Source of the DNA: Leptolyngbyaceae cyanobacterium
Lineage (GTDB): Bacteria; Cyanobacteriota; Cyanobacteriia; Phormidesmidales; Phormidesmidaceae
Length of the DNA: 64,000 bases
Assembly: GCA_965263355.1 (NCBI GenBank)
Contig: CBDHHL010000032.1
Location: forward strand, 3,392,001 to 3,456,000
Reading direction: 5' to 3'
Shown: piece after piece, positions 10,772 to 21,362 of the stretch
How the letters are laid out: each line of letters opens with the position of its first letter
How positions within the stretch are numbered: the stretch's first letter is position 1
Notes under the pieces: model-generated
The model's input: only the letters and a program-made list of their open reading frames with translations
The model's database searches: none
Told to the model about the DNA's origin: nothing
Made by a program: the position numbers and the translations under genes

Positions 10772-11214
10772 AATAACCTTTTATGCAATAGACTAAAGAG
10801 TATTGGACCACCAAATCATCCCAGAGGTTCACGACTCTTTATAACCATTTATATTTGGCAAGCTGTTGCCGCAAGAAAAGTCTCTCTTACCAATAAACAG
10901 GGTACTAAATTAAGAGCAAAGCAAAAAGTAAGCTAAAGGTTTCAGTATGGACATGATTTAAATGACAAAATGGTTATCATAAGAGAAAATTAACTATGGC
11001 ATCTAGGTTCCGATAATCGGATTGTCCCAGCATCTATTTAAACTCAGGATTATCTTGCTAACAGATCAAGCAGGGTAGTGTTCTATCGGTAATTACGGAT
11101 TTTAATACGAAGATATAAAAAGGCCCGATAAATTCTTCCGCAAATTCCGTATTCATTACTTCATGATGTGCTGAAGAGCCTATGTGACCAGGGTAATCTT
11201 AATATCAGGTAGTC

Positions 11215-13041
11215 TTGTCAGTCAGGTTTTCTATGGAAGGAGCGCAGCCATCGCTTCAGAACCAGCAGCGTGTCCTTGCCGCAATCGTGGTTACCGATGC
11301 TGTTGGTTTTAGTGCCCAGATGTCCGCTGATGAAGAACGGGCACTGGCAATTATTAATCGAGATCTTAAGCAGATTGCTAACCTCTGCAATGTGTTCAAA
11401 GGTCAAGTACTCAAATCAACTGGCGATGGTCTGTTGATGTGCTTTTTTAGTGCAGCCCAGGCGGTTGCCTGTGCCTTAAATATTCAGAAAAAACTGCGCA
11501 GCGATACCAAACGAGATTGTTTTGATCATCGTATCGGCATTCATTTAGGGGATGTATACATCAACAATTCAGATGTCATGGGAAATGGCGTCAATATTGC
11601 CGCCAGACTAGAGAGCTTTGCAGCTCCTGGTGAAATCTGTGTTTCCCAAGTGGTCTACGACGTAGTCAAAAGCCGCTTGGATCTAGATGTCACGTTTCTA
11701 GGTCCACTGAACCTCAAAAATATTCAGGAATCGGTTCCTGCTTATCAACTGCATCCAATGGTTGAGTTGGATGTCTGCGATGTAGAAATGACCCGCCCCT
11801 TTTTTGCCGAAAGCTATGAAGGTTATACCTTTGATAGTCCACTTGAGCAGGCGTTGCAAGCCCTAACGGACCATACCGATCATTTACGCATCAAAAAGTT
11901 GATCTTTGGTACTTGTCAAAATCTATGGGAAAACGACACTGTAGTTCTGGAGCAGTTTTCGCTACAGCATCTGATTGAGTCATTGATCCAGCGGAATCCA
12001 TCAGTGGAACATTGTCGTGCTAGCCTTTACCGTATCGTTGCCACCCTCAACCACAAAGAGGTGTATTCTGATGTGGCTGAGTTTATTCTGCAAGCCCTGA
12101 CTCCGATTTACATAGAGAGAGCCGCTCACCAACTCCCTAGAAAAGTAGACGAAGCCCAACTACCAACGATCCAGGAAGTAGCAGAAAAAGTAGAAGAGGA
12201 AGTTGCTAGGGATCGCTATCAAAAAGTTGCCGATGAACTAGAACGTGATGCCCAAATTATCCGGATAAAAAAAGTACTTTATTGCCTTTGCCATAAAGTT
12301 TGGGAAACGGACATTCAAAAAATTGAGCAGGCCGATACGGTTATTTTGATCCAGCAGCTTTATCAACTGACGCCAACGCCTAACGATCTTAAGTATCGAC
12401 TGCGCCATCTGCTCCATCATCTCAATCGGAAAGCCAAATACACAAAAATTGTTAACACCATTTTTAAGGCTTTTCATCCCCTATACAGTGGTCAGACCGC
12501 GCTGATCCCAATGTCGACGCCAGGTCTCACCAATGCTAGTGATACAGATAGTCCAGAAACCTGTTTTGGTGACCTACCAGTGGGTATCCACCCCGAAAAT
12601 ACCGTGGCTTTCTCAGCCAAGTCTCTAGAAGGGCCATCCATGGGTGATGTAGCCCAAGTAAAAGATCGGGCCGATTTATTTGAACTCAGGCTCGACATTA
12701 TTAAATACTGCAACCCGCTCCGAGCCAAAATCCTATTGCACTCTACGCTTTACAGTCCCTTTACCGGTAGTTCACAGGAGTGGTCCCTATTGCGTAGTAA
12801 AACCTTAGAAGACTTTTTACGAGAGGTCTTTAACTACTGCTCATCATTTCAAGATCTAGAGAGCAAACTTTCCATTATTGTTCATTGCCTAGAAGACATC
12901 GATGAAAACGAACCTGTGGTGACAGCCATTCTCAACGCAATTAAACCTTACTATGCTGAACCCAGTCAGGTAATTCCGACAGATAATGCTCGAGCTACTG
13001 TTCCCGCCATTACATCTATGAGGCCCGCATCCTATGGATAA
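11215..13041 (+). CDS. class III adenylate/guanylate cyclase with repeated C-terminal helical domains
   Basis: Motifs [23 protein letters not shown] and [11 protein letters not shown], followed by repeated RIKKL/V..C...WE.D modules. Confidence 0.85.
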   Translation: MSVRFSMEGAQPSLQNQQRVLAAIVVTDAVGFSAQMSADEERALAIINRDLKQIANLCNVFKGQVLKSTGDGLLMCFFSAAQAVACALNIQKKLRSDTKRDCFDHRIGIHLGDVYINNSDVMGNGVNIAARLESFAAPGEICVSQVVYDVVKSRLDLDVTFLGPLNLKNIQESVPAYQLHPMVELDVCDVEMTRPFFAESYEGYTFDSPLEQALQALTDHTDHLRIKKLIFGTCQNLWENDTVVLEQFSLQHLIESLIQRNPSVEHCRASLYRIVATLNHKEVYSDVAEFILQALTPIYIERAAHQLPRKVDEAQLPTIQEVAEKVEEEVARDRYQKVADELERDAQIIRIKKVLYCLCHKVWETDIQKIEQADTVILIQQLYQLTPTPNDLKYRLRHLLHHLNRKAKYTKIVNTIFKAFHPLYSGQTALIPMSTPGLTNASDTDSPETCFGDLPVGIHPENTVAFSAKSLEGPSMGDVAQVKDRADLFELRLDIIKYCNPLRAKILLHSTLYSPFTGSSQEWSLLRSKTLEDFLREVFNYCSSFQDLESKLSIIVHCLEDIDENEPVVTAILNAIKPYYAEPSQVIPTDNARATVPAITSMRPASYG

Positions 13042-14029
13042 TGCCGCTGAACTCATCGCTTGCTACAACAGTGGCCAAAAAGACTTTAGTGGTCTATGTT
13101 TAGCAGGTTTGCAATTACCAAAATCAGATCTGATCGGGGCCAATTTTTCCAAGACCGATTTGGAGCGTACAGATCTAATGTTCTCCTATTTGAGTCGAGT
13201 TAATTTACAGCAGGCTAATTTGAGCCATGCAAACCTAAGTGGCGTCAATCTCAACCAGGCAAATTTAATCTATACAAACTTAAGCGATGCCAACCTACAC
13301 GGTGCAAGCTTACAGGGGGCCGATCTACGGGGGGCCGATCTCACCCTAGCTGACCTATTTGATGTAAATTTAGCCGATGCGGATCTACGCAATGCGGATC
13401 TTAGCGGTGCAAATTTAACAGGAGCCTGTTTACGCGGAGCAAATTTGCGTCAAGAATTACGCAGTGAACAAACGATTTTACGCGGAGCCCATCTGCGCCA
13501 GGTAGATCTGCGAGGGGCAAATCTTAAGGGCGCAGACTTGGCCAATGTAGATCTCAGTGGTGCTAATCTGAGCGAAGCCTTTCTTAAAGATGCGGATCTA
13601 CGCAATGCCAACCTCAACGGGGCCAACCTGAAGGGCGCGTCCTTAGCTGATGCTCAGTTAGAGGGAGCTAATCTACGCTATGCCAATCTCACACGCACTC
13701 GTGCCCAACGGGCTAATCTAGCTGGTTGCGACTTCACTGGTGCTGACCTTAAAGGCGTCAATTTTACCGACACCAAGCTTTGTGGTGCCCAGCTCTTCCA
13801 AATTGTCATCACCGAGGCCCGATTGCTTCGCTCTGACCTGAGTCGAGCCAACCTCAGTGGTGCCAACCTTACCCGCGCTGACCTGACCAATGCCTATCTT
13901 GGTCGCACTAACTTAGGGGAGGCTAACCTGACTGGGGCAATCTTATTCAAAGCTGAACTCAGCAGTGCCAATTTGGCTGGTGCCCAGTTAACTGGCACCA
14001 CCATGCCCGATGGCAAGGTACACGAGTAA
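13034..14029 (+). CDS. pentapeptide repeat protein
   Basis: Continuous A(N/D)Lxx repeats ending in MPDG. Overlaps the cyclase stop. Confidence 0.95.
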   Translation: MDNAAELIACYNSGQKDFSGLCLAGLQLPKSDLIGANFSKTDLERTDLMFSYLSRVNLQQANLSHANLSGVNLNQANLIYTNLSDANLHGASLQGADLRGADLTLADLFDVNLADADLRNADLSGANLTGACLRGANLRQELRSEQTILRGAHLRQVDLRGANLKGADLANVDLSGANLSEAFLKDADLRNANLNGANLKGASLADAQLEGANLRYANLTRTRAQRANLAGCDFTGADLKGVNFTDTKLCGAQLFQIVITEARLLRSDLSRANLSGANLTRADLTNAYLGRTNLGEANLTGAILFKAELSSANLAGAQLTGTTMPDGKVHE

Positions 14030-14108
14030 GCCTCAGACAAACGGATTCATTATAGATGGCCTGTTGCTATCAATGCCCAGACATAGCCTCAGATATATTT
14101 AAACTGTA

Positions 14109-15230
14109 TTAGCTTAATCTGCGTTTTGTTAGCAATGTGCCAGTACCCACAATAACTATAGCTAGGAACGCACCGCGGGAGGTCGGCTCTGGCACACTGG
14201 CAACTGGAGTTGTATTGTCATCATGCAGAGCTGCCAGGGCAAAATCACTCACAATTCTATAGGCGGCTGTGGTGGGATGCGTATCATCCCAAAATAAAAA
14301 CTCCTCTGGGTTATTGCACACGCCATCGAACTGAAACCCTGGCTGAAAATTTATCAAGCAAGCATCGGTGACATTGGTCAAACTAAATGCATTGGGATTT
14401 GCCAGTATTTCAGCAAACAACGTATTGATATCGAGGACAATGACGTTGGCATCAGGTTGACTCTGGCTAAATGCGTCTAGTTTTGCTGATAGTAATGCAT
14501 TATGGGTGTCGATTAATTGATTTAGAGTTGTTGGAACATCTATTGGAGTCTGGGCATCTAAAAAATCTGCCAAAGGAGCATCGCCAATGGAGGGTAAGTT
14601 AACGACTAAAAACTCTTTTGCGCCTACACTACTGAGTTGAGTGAGACCGGTAATAATGTTGTCAGTAACGAAATTAGGTAGCTCTCCCAGAGACAAGCTA
14701 CCCAAGGATGCTGGACTAAAAAAGGCTTCATTATAGTCATTAGCACCACTCCAGATAACATTCAGGGCATCGGGGTCTACAGGCAACGTCGCTGAAAGTG
14801 CTGTAAATGCCTCGATTTGATCTAAAACACCCGGAAAGAATGCATCTAGTAAGGGAAAGTCGTCATCTAGGATATGAATATCGGAAGAGAGCGCTCCGGC
14901 AAAGGCAAAGTTGATACCTTGGGTAGGCGGTGGCGTAGTACTGGGATTGATGATTAACTCCGTGGCCAGTATGGGAGACAATCCTAGGGCTTGACCGACG
15001 TTTTCAATCCATATGGGACCATTGGAGTTGCGCTGAGCGTAGGGTGGACTAGGTGGTACAGCCGGAAGACCAAAGGGAGAGAGTAGGGCATCAGTGAGGT
15101 TAAATAGGTTGCCTGAGTCGGCTAAACTATCGCCAAAGACGTTTAATCCGGTAAATGATGCAGCCCTAGCGTCCAGGCACATCATGCAAGATGAGATAAT
15201 AACCCCTGCAGTCAATAGTCTATGCTTCAT
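14109..15230 (-). CDS. SGNH/GDSL lipase with PEP-CTERM sorting signal
   Basis: Motifs FGDSLADSG, GANDY and WDDTHPT. C-terminal VPEP plus hydrophobic stretch plus KRR. Confidence 0.9.
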   Translation of the reverse strand: MKHRLLTAGVIISSCMMCLDARAASFTGLNVFGDSLADSGNLFNLTDALLSPFGLPAVPPSPPYAQRNSNGPIWIENVGQALGLSPILATELIINPSTTPPPTQGINFAFAGALSSDIHILDDDFPLLDAFFPGVLDQIEAFTALSATLPVDPDALNVIWSGANDYNEAFFSPASLGSLSLGELPNFVTDNIITGLTQLSSVGAKEFLVVNLPSIGDAPLADFLDAQTPIDVPTTLNQLIDTHNALLSAKLDAFSQSQPDANVIVLDINTLFAEILANPNAFSLTNVTDACLINFQPGFQFDGVCNNPEEFLFWDDTHPTTAAYRIVSDFALAALHDDNTTPVASVPEPTSRGAFLAIVIVGTGTLLTKRRLS

Positions 15231-16109
15231 GCCTGCTTGCTGTGCTCAACACAGCCTTCATAATACACAGTTCAAAAAATGCTACTTTCATTGGGTTAGT
15301 GAGCTGATACATAGCGACTGAAGCCCTTATGTCTCAGATACTCTTTAATATGACCCAGGCACTCATCAATTTCTTTTAATCTGCCCTTTGTTTAGTTATA
15401 GGTGGACAATGTTTTTTCCTCAAGACATCCCAATAAGCTTTGTATAAAGTTTCAATGAAGTTTTGATGCAAGGGATAAAGTTAAGTTGTAGCTGCCAGGT
15501 TTTTAGGTCACTATTAGCAAAATTTATCGGTTAATTACCAAGATTCAGCTTTTAGCTCAGTTAGCTCTGACAAGGGTGTTTATCCCATCGAATGTTGACT
15601 TTATAATGAAAATTATTGAATTGATCAAACCCTTGGCTGAGTCAGAGCACTTCACCATAGACAAAGCCGACATCAAAAATGAAGTCCAATACAAAGAGCT
15701 GCAACTGTTGAGGAAATCAAAGGAGAACTGAGCCAAGTGTTATGAAAGCCTAAAAGCAATTCTGAATGCGAGAGATCCATAGACCTGTACAACCTTGGAT
15801 CAGCTAAGACATAAATCGGATGAATTTCTTAGAACTCTGCTTATGCCAAACGATTTTGGAGTAGGTTGGAGATTCTCAGCAAGTGTCTAACAGATAGTGT
15901 GCCGCAACTTACAACTGCTTCACCGAGGCCGATTACTCCAAAGCCTGTCCACGTAAAACATTGTTGCCTGACGATTAATGTCGATGACATATCAGGCACG
16001 GTTAGCCCTAATTTATCTTGTGAAGTCATCATTACTCACCCCTCGCTGTTAACAAATTGGCTAGATGAGGTAGGATTACTAATTCGTGGAGAATCAAAAA
16101 GGAGACTTT

Positions 16110-16532
16110 TTACGAACTTAAACTAACTGTTTCAATCAGGGGACAGATGTCTCCTAAAGACAGTTGTGGTTGATTTGATGCCCAACGCTCACGATAATCT
16201 TCTAGTTCTGCTTTAAACTCTGTCATCTGACGAATCTGACTCTCTAAGTGCTCAATCTTTTCTTGCAACAGAGATTGCACCAACCGACAAGGCACATCTC
16301 CTCGCTCGTGTAAATTAAGCACCTCACCAATCTCTTCTAGGGAAAAACCAATGGCCTGAGCCTTTTTTATAAACTGCACCTGGCGCACTGCCTCAGGAGA
16401 ATAATAGCGGTAGCCATTGTTGCCGCGCTCTGATGTGAGTAAGCCTAGGCTTTCGTAATAACGTAGGGCACCCACAGCCAGCCCCGTCTGTTTCGCGACC
16501 TCACCGATTCTTAGCCGGAAAGCCATAATCAA
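16110..16532 (-). CDS. MerR-family heavy-metal-responsive regulator
   Basis: IGEVAKQTG...LRYYE...GYRYY, GFSLEEI, with Cys in VPC and ICPLI. Confidence 0.92.
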   Translation of the reverse strand: MIMAFRLRIGEVAKQTGLAVGALRYYESLGLLTSERGNNGYRYYSPEAVRQVQFIKKAQAIGFSLEEIGEVLNLHERGDVPCRLVQSLLQEKIEHLESQIRQMTEFKAELEDYRERWASNQPQLSLGDICPLIETVSLSS

Positions 16533-16606
16533 TATATCTAACCCATCAACGTGATCATAAACCCTACAGCCAAGTATAGAGTGTGAGATCTCTGGAGATA
16601 ATTGTT

Positions 16607-16637
16607 TTGCCCTTAAGCGAGCTAGAGGCTGTATCTT
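16607..16637 (+). promoter_or_regulatory. MerR-type promoter (19-bp spacer with dyad)
   Basis: TTGCCC (16607-12), 19 bp, TATCTT (16632-37), with imperfect dyad CCTTAAGC-GA-GCTAGAGG. Divergent from the merR gene. Confidence 0.6.
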
Positions 16638-16672
16638 AAAGTGGGATAGTACAAAAGTCCAAGGAATTCTGA

Positions 16673-17080
16673 TTGGGAGTGGAAAATGAATTGCTGATGG
16701 TCACCGCTAATTACAAAATCAAAACAGTTAGTTTCCTAGTGATTGGCTGGCTTTTAGCACAGCCAGCTATAGCTCACAATGGTGAGAGTCATGGCCAAAA
16801 GCAAAAGGACTCTCCAGAAGAGTTGCAGCCTTCTACTCCTAATACTGCTGAACCTGACCCAATCGATTCTAGTACCTACGTTCCAGAGGTCAATGCTGAG
16901 GCTGAGGTTACTACCGTGGAGTCGGTTGCAGGTGCCGACCTGTCAGCATCTCAGTCTGCTAGTTTCTCATTAGATGGTTATTCGATCGGTTTAGGTGAAA
17001 TTCTGTTTGGTTTGATCTTGATTTTCCCCTGGTTACTGATCACACTCAGAAAGCAGCTAAATTTCTCTACACGTTCATGA
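16673..17080 (+). CDS. hypothetical exported/membrane-anchored protein with N-terminal His motif
   Basis: Signal peptide, then AHNGESHG, an acidic linker and a C-terminal TM helix. Confidence 0.65.
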   Translation: MGVENELLMVTANYKIKTVSFLVIGWLLAQPAIAHNGESHGQKQKDSPEELQPSTPNTAEPDPIDSSTYVPEVNAEAEVTTVESVAGADLSASQSASFSLDGYSIGLGEILFGLILIFPWLLITLRKQLNFSTRS

Positions 17081-17358
17081 AGGTCAACCAAATGCGTCAG
17101 CTCCATCGTGCCCTAGTTCCATTTGTGGTGCTGCCGCTCCTGATTACCCTTATAACTGGAACTGCTTTTCAGTTTGCGGTTGCGGCTAATCGTGCCGCAG
17201 ATTTTCTTTGGTTGCTCGATTTGCATCGTGGCAATTTCGGTGCCGTTAATTTGGAATTTATATATCCCATTTTGAATGCTCTGGGACTATTAACCCTAAT
17301 TATTAGTGGAGTATTTATGTGGATGAATACAAGGATAAGGCGGCGAACCAAGGCTTAG
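17077..17358 (+). CDS. small PepSY-associated-TM-like membrane protein
   Basis: RQLHR...PLLITLITG...LHRG...ISG pattern. ATGA overlap with the upstream gene. Confidence 0.75.
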   Translation: MKVNQMRQLHRALVPFVVLPLLITLITGTAFQFAVAANRAADFLWLLDLHRGNFGAVNLEFIYPILNALGLLTLIISGVFMWMNTRIRRRTKA

Positions 17359-18257
17359 GCAGCTGGATAGGTTTCTAGCTCTAGAGCTTTAAACACATCT
17401 AGAAACGCATAGACAGCTGGCGATAGTAGGGCATTTTTTGGCCAGGATACGCCTAGGTGTCGAAAAATTTGGAAGGGAAGTTGCATCACCCGCACATCCT
17501 TAGGTATGGGGTGAGCTGATAACTGATGTAAAATGCCAATGCCTAACCCCTGGTTGACCATGCCCACAATCGTACTATCAGTGCGCACCCGATAGTCCAC
17601 ATCAATGGGAGGTACCACCTGCTTCAGAGCACGGTTAATGCGATCAGTACAACTGCTATGGACGGAGGTAATTAAAGGATGCTCATAGAGATGATCCCAG
17701 GTGAGTTGCGAGGGGGCAATAGAATAATTTGACGGTACTAATCCGATACAAGGATCATTGATGACTGGTAACGTTTCAAAGTCTTCATTCGGTAGCAGCT
17801 CAGCTACAGAAATATCGGCTTTGCCTTCCACTAATGCCTGCTGAAATTCCCGTAGCTCATCCATTTCAGTAATAGTGACCTGAATATTGGGATAGGTGGC
17901 ATGGAGCTTTGCGATCGCACTCGGTAATACATTGCTGGCCATGCTACGAAATGCAACGATACGTACCTGACCACCTTCTATACCTCTGGCCTGGGAGGCT
18001 AGCTGACCAATATCATCCAGAGTTTGCAGCATCTGCTGAGCCTTGGCACAGATGGACTCACCAACAGGGGTTAAACTGGCACCATGGCGGCCACGATTCA
18101 CTAGAACGATACCTAGCTCCGTTTCTAATGCCGCAATACTATGACTGATCGTTGACTGGCTCAAACTCAGCTCTAGGGCCGCTTCACTAAAGTTTTGGGT
18201 ATTTGCGATCGCAACAAATGCCCGTATCTGTGATAGCTTAATTCTCCCTAGATTCAT
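17355..18257 (-). CDS. LysR-family transcriptional regulator
   Basis: NFSEAALELSLSQSTISHSIAALETELG HTH followed by a substrate-binding domain. Confidence 0.93.
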   Translation of the reverse strand: MNLGRIKLSQIRAFVAIANTQNFSEAALELSLSQSTISHSIAALETELGIVLVNRGRHGASLTPVGESICAKAQQMLQTLDDIGQLASQARGIEGGQVRIVAFRSMASNVLPSAIAKLHATYPNIQVTITEMDELREFQQALVEGKADISVAELLPNEDFETLPVINDPCIGLVPSNYSIAPSQLTWDHLYEHPLITSVHSSCTDRINRALKQVVPPIDVDYRVRTDSTIVGMVNQGLGIGILHQLSAHPIPKDVRVMQLPFQIFRHLGVSWPKNALLSPAVYAFLDVFKALELETYPAA

Positions 18258-18922
18258 AGCAGCTAATGACTGCTCCCACGGAGCAATGATGATCTCACTG
18301 TCAGGCTATCGCAACTAACTCAATGAGAATCATCAATTTTCTTCATGCATGCCATGGAGAATCTGAGTAGATTCCATTTAATCCCTTAGACATAGCAATC
18401 CCAAGGCCTATTCAGTGAAAACAAAATTGATATGGCGCTGTAAAAATGCTTTAGATTAGCCAGTCAAAGACCCAAGCAAGTAAAACAAGTAGTAGAAATC
18501 CGATTGCCACTGTTTCAGTGAGCCAGATCAATCGACTTTTCAGGTTAATCATGCAAAAAGTTGCCTTTTCGATACATCATCCCCAGGTAGACTCAGGTTC
18601 AGGTCAAAACCGATCTAATGTGATGAATTGCCCTGAACTAAAGAGCTTGCTAATTAGCTGAAAATACCTGTGGCTGGTTAGATGGCCTGCAAAACCGCAC
18701 CCATGTGAGCTTGGTAAGGTCAGGGTTAATACAAACAGAAGGCTAACATAATCCCATATGGGAGTGCCAAGCTTAACCGTTCACATATCAGTAATGCTAA
18801 TCTGCGTTATCGCATGCACTGAAGCTATTATATGCATCAGCAAAAATACTGACCGGAGCCTAGAAATTCTTCAAGATGACTTTACAAAGCTTGAAAGAAT
18901 CAGGGGTATCTAGCCGGAAATT

Positions 18923-19582
18923 TCAGGGGGTATCTAGCCAGCGGTACTGATAAGGCTCTGATTCAGCTCCCCAAACTTGGACATCATTCTCATCAAAGCC
19001 ACGATCCCAGGTATCCATACCAGCCTGATGTAAAACAATGGTGTTGGTCAGCCGTACGGCTCCCCGTAGATTTATCGGACAGCCTTCGTTTGGCGTACTG
19101 CCTACGTACCCTAAAGCGGAAGGGCGTAGACTGACAACGCAGACCAACTCCCCCATGTCACTGGCGTTGACTGAGGGGTTTGCTTGTTGGCAAAGCCCCG
19201 TCCAGGTCTCGGGGGTAGGTGGTTTGAAAGTGCGTGACTCTACTCGTGTGGCGTCTTCGCTGAGGGTGATTTGAAGAAAGCGTTGTCTATAAGGACTTTC
19301 TATACGTTCTGTCAAAGCTTGTTCTTGATATAGATAAATTACTGATGCATCAGCGGTCTGTCCCGTAACTTGAATAGGACAGGTGGTCATTCGAACACCC
19401 ACAAAGCGAGGGTTACGCTGGGCTTGTGCGGTGGTGTCCATAGTATGAGTTAAATGTTCTACAACAGCATCCACATGTTCTTGTAATAAAGGCTGTGAGG
19501 GATGCTGTTGAGCATTTCCGACTGGGCTGCTACTAATCCAAAGCCCCAGCACGACGGTTGGTAATGACCATAAACGGACCAT
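18923..19582 (-). CDS. CpcT/CpeT-family chromophore-lyase-like protein with signal-like N-terminus
   Basis: LYQEQA...PYRQR...WDRGFD...VWG...PYQY motifs. Confidence 0.8.
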   Translation of the reverse strand: MVRLWSLPTVVLGLWISSSPVGNAQQHPSQPLLQEHVDAVVEHLTHTMDTTAQAQRNPRFVGVRMTTCPIQVTGQTADASVIYLYQEQALTERIESPYRQRFLQITLSEDATRVESRTFKPPTPETWTGLCQQANPSVNASDMGELVCVVSLRPSALGYVGSTPNEGCPINLRGAVRLTNTIVLHQAGMDTWDRGFDENDVQVWGAESEPYQYRWLDTP

Positions 19583-19682
19583 GGGCTTTTCAAGGCGTGG
19601 TTAGAACTTAACTATTGTCGGTCTTGTCAGTACTGAAACGTCAATTAAGTAGGCGTTTGTCACACTTTAGCTGGACCGTTCC

Positions 19683-20177
19683 CTAGGCAGCTGAGATCGC
19701 TAGTTCCATCAGGTTAATGTCAGTATCTCCTGGTCTGGGACCTAAATCTTGCCAACCGTGGCGTTGGTAAAACTTGATGGCTGGCTGGTTGGTGGGACTA
19801 ACCGATAGTTGAGCCCGCACCACACCAACTGCTTGAAATAGCTGCATGACATAAGCATGTAGCTGATCGCTGACCCCCTTTCCACGTCGACTGGGGATCA
19901 CATAAAACAGATAGACGTAACCCAGTTTTTCTTGGCCCCGTAGTTCAGTTTCGATCTGACCAATGATTTCCTGTCCATCGAAGACATGAACACAGCTTTC
20001 AGGGCAAGCGTTGATACGCTTACTGAGCCAATTTAAATAGCCTTGAGCATGCTCACCACTCTCCAGGGCAAACCGTTTATCACCATCGGTAAAACTGCAG
20101 GCAAAGGCATCACGCCGAAAGTGGACACACAGTTCGGCATGGGCTTCAAGGTCAATAGAGCGAAAAATGAGGTTCAT
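19683..20177 (-). CDS. GNAT acetyltransferase
   Basis: YVIPSRRGKG and NQPAIKFYQRHGW motifs. Confidence 0.88.
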   Translation of the reverse strand: MNLIFRSIDLEAHAELCVHFRRDAFACSFTDGDKRFALESGEHAQGYLNWLSKRINACPESCVHVFDGQEIIGQIETELRGQEKLGYVYLFYVIPSRRGKGVSDQLHAYVMQLFQAVGVVRAQLSVSPTNQPAIKFYQRHGWQDLGPRPGDTDINLMELAISAA

Positions 20178-20402
20178 CCGATGGCGGTAGCTCTAGGGAC
20201 AAGCACAGGAAATATAGGGCAAAACGTTAATAAATCAATGGTTGGGTATTCAAACCTTCAATATATAGATTAGTGCCATTACTATCCACGTTTCTATTAC
20301 TTCCCCAGTAACTTTGCAGAAAAGTTCACAAAGCAGCCTTACTGATCTGAAATCCTGACTACTAGGCCCCTGGTATCCCAGGAATAATAAAAGGCACAGC
20401 CC

Positions 20403-21344
20403 CTACTCTAGGCGAATGCCCGTGGCTGTACAGCAGGCTGACCAAAGGTTTAAGTCGGGATCGGGGACCTCTGCTCGAACCTGACTCATGATGGCCTTGG
20501 CAGTTGCTTGGGTAGCTGCCAGGGTAAAGACGGTGGGACCTGATCCGGACATCATGGTACCTAGGCCGCCATGCCTTGCCATGCAATCGCGAAGCAGCTG
20601 TACCTTTTTGTGGGCAGGTAAGACTACCCGTTCTAGATCGTTATAAAGATGGGCTCCGATGGCCTTGGCATCCTTCTGGGTGATCGCCGTGACCATGGGA
20701 CCCGCATGGACCCGCTGCTGTCGTTCTTGCAGGGTGGCGCTGTCGGCAATATTGGCATAGCGATCGCTAAAGTTAGCGCGATAGGTTTTATAGGCCCAGG
20801 GGGTGGAGACAGACAGACTTTCATACTTGGCCAGGACGATATGTAGATCGGTCAGACTAGGGATGGGATCCAACACGTCACCGCGCCCCGTGGCGATGGC
20901 AGTACCACCACGAATGCAGAAGGGAATATCTGAACCGAGTTGCGCCGATAACTCTTCTAGCTCAATTTGGGTGAGGCCCAGCTTCCAGAGCATATTCAGA
21001 CCAACCAGGGTGGCAGCGGCATTACCTGACCCTCCTGCTAAGCCTGCGCCCACTGGAATATTTTTTTCAATGGTGATTTCAACTCCGCGATGGGCGAGTT
21101 CTGGAAAAGTATCGATCAATAAATTGACAGCCTTGAGGGCCAAGTTGGAACTATCGGTGGGTACCTGAGGATGATTACACTGCAATCGTTGGGTGGGGAC
21201 AGGCAGGCTAGTTAGGGTGATGCGATCGCACAAATCTACACTCTGCATTACCATCGCCAGCTCATGGAAACCATCAGGTCGGTGCCCAATGATTTCTAGA
21301 TATAAATTGATCTTGGCTGCCGACAGCAACGTGTAACTTGTCAT
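20403..21344 (-). CDS. ispE: 4-diphosphocytidyl-2-C-methyl-D-erythritol kinase
   Basis: AKINLYL, KNIPVGAGLAGGS, LGSDIPF and MSGSGPT. Confidence 0.97.
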   Translation of the reverse strand: MTSYTLLSAAKINLYLEIIGHRPDGFHELAMVMQSVDLCDRITLTSLPVPTQRLQCNHPQVPTDSSNLALKAVNLLIDTFPELAHRGVEITIEKNIPVGAGLAGGSGNAAATLVGLNMLWKLGLTQIELEELSAQLGSDIPFCIRGGTAIATGRGDVLDPIPSLTDLHIVLAKYESLSVSTPWAYKTYRANFSDRYANIADSATLQERQQRVHAGPMVTAITQKDAKAIGAHLYNDLERVVLPAHKKVQLLRDCMARHGGLGTMMSGSGPTVFTLAATQATAKAIMSQVRAEVPDPDLNLWSACCTATGIRLE

Positions 21345-21362
21345 AAATCCCTAGGCTCACTT

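Noticed and set aside
15322..16109. Short ORFs (15841-16032, 15866-16126) as genes or an IS remnant
   Set aside because: No recognisable motifs, terminal repeats or transposase similarity. The region is left unexplained.
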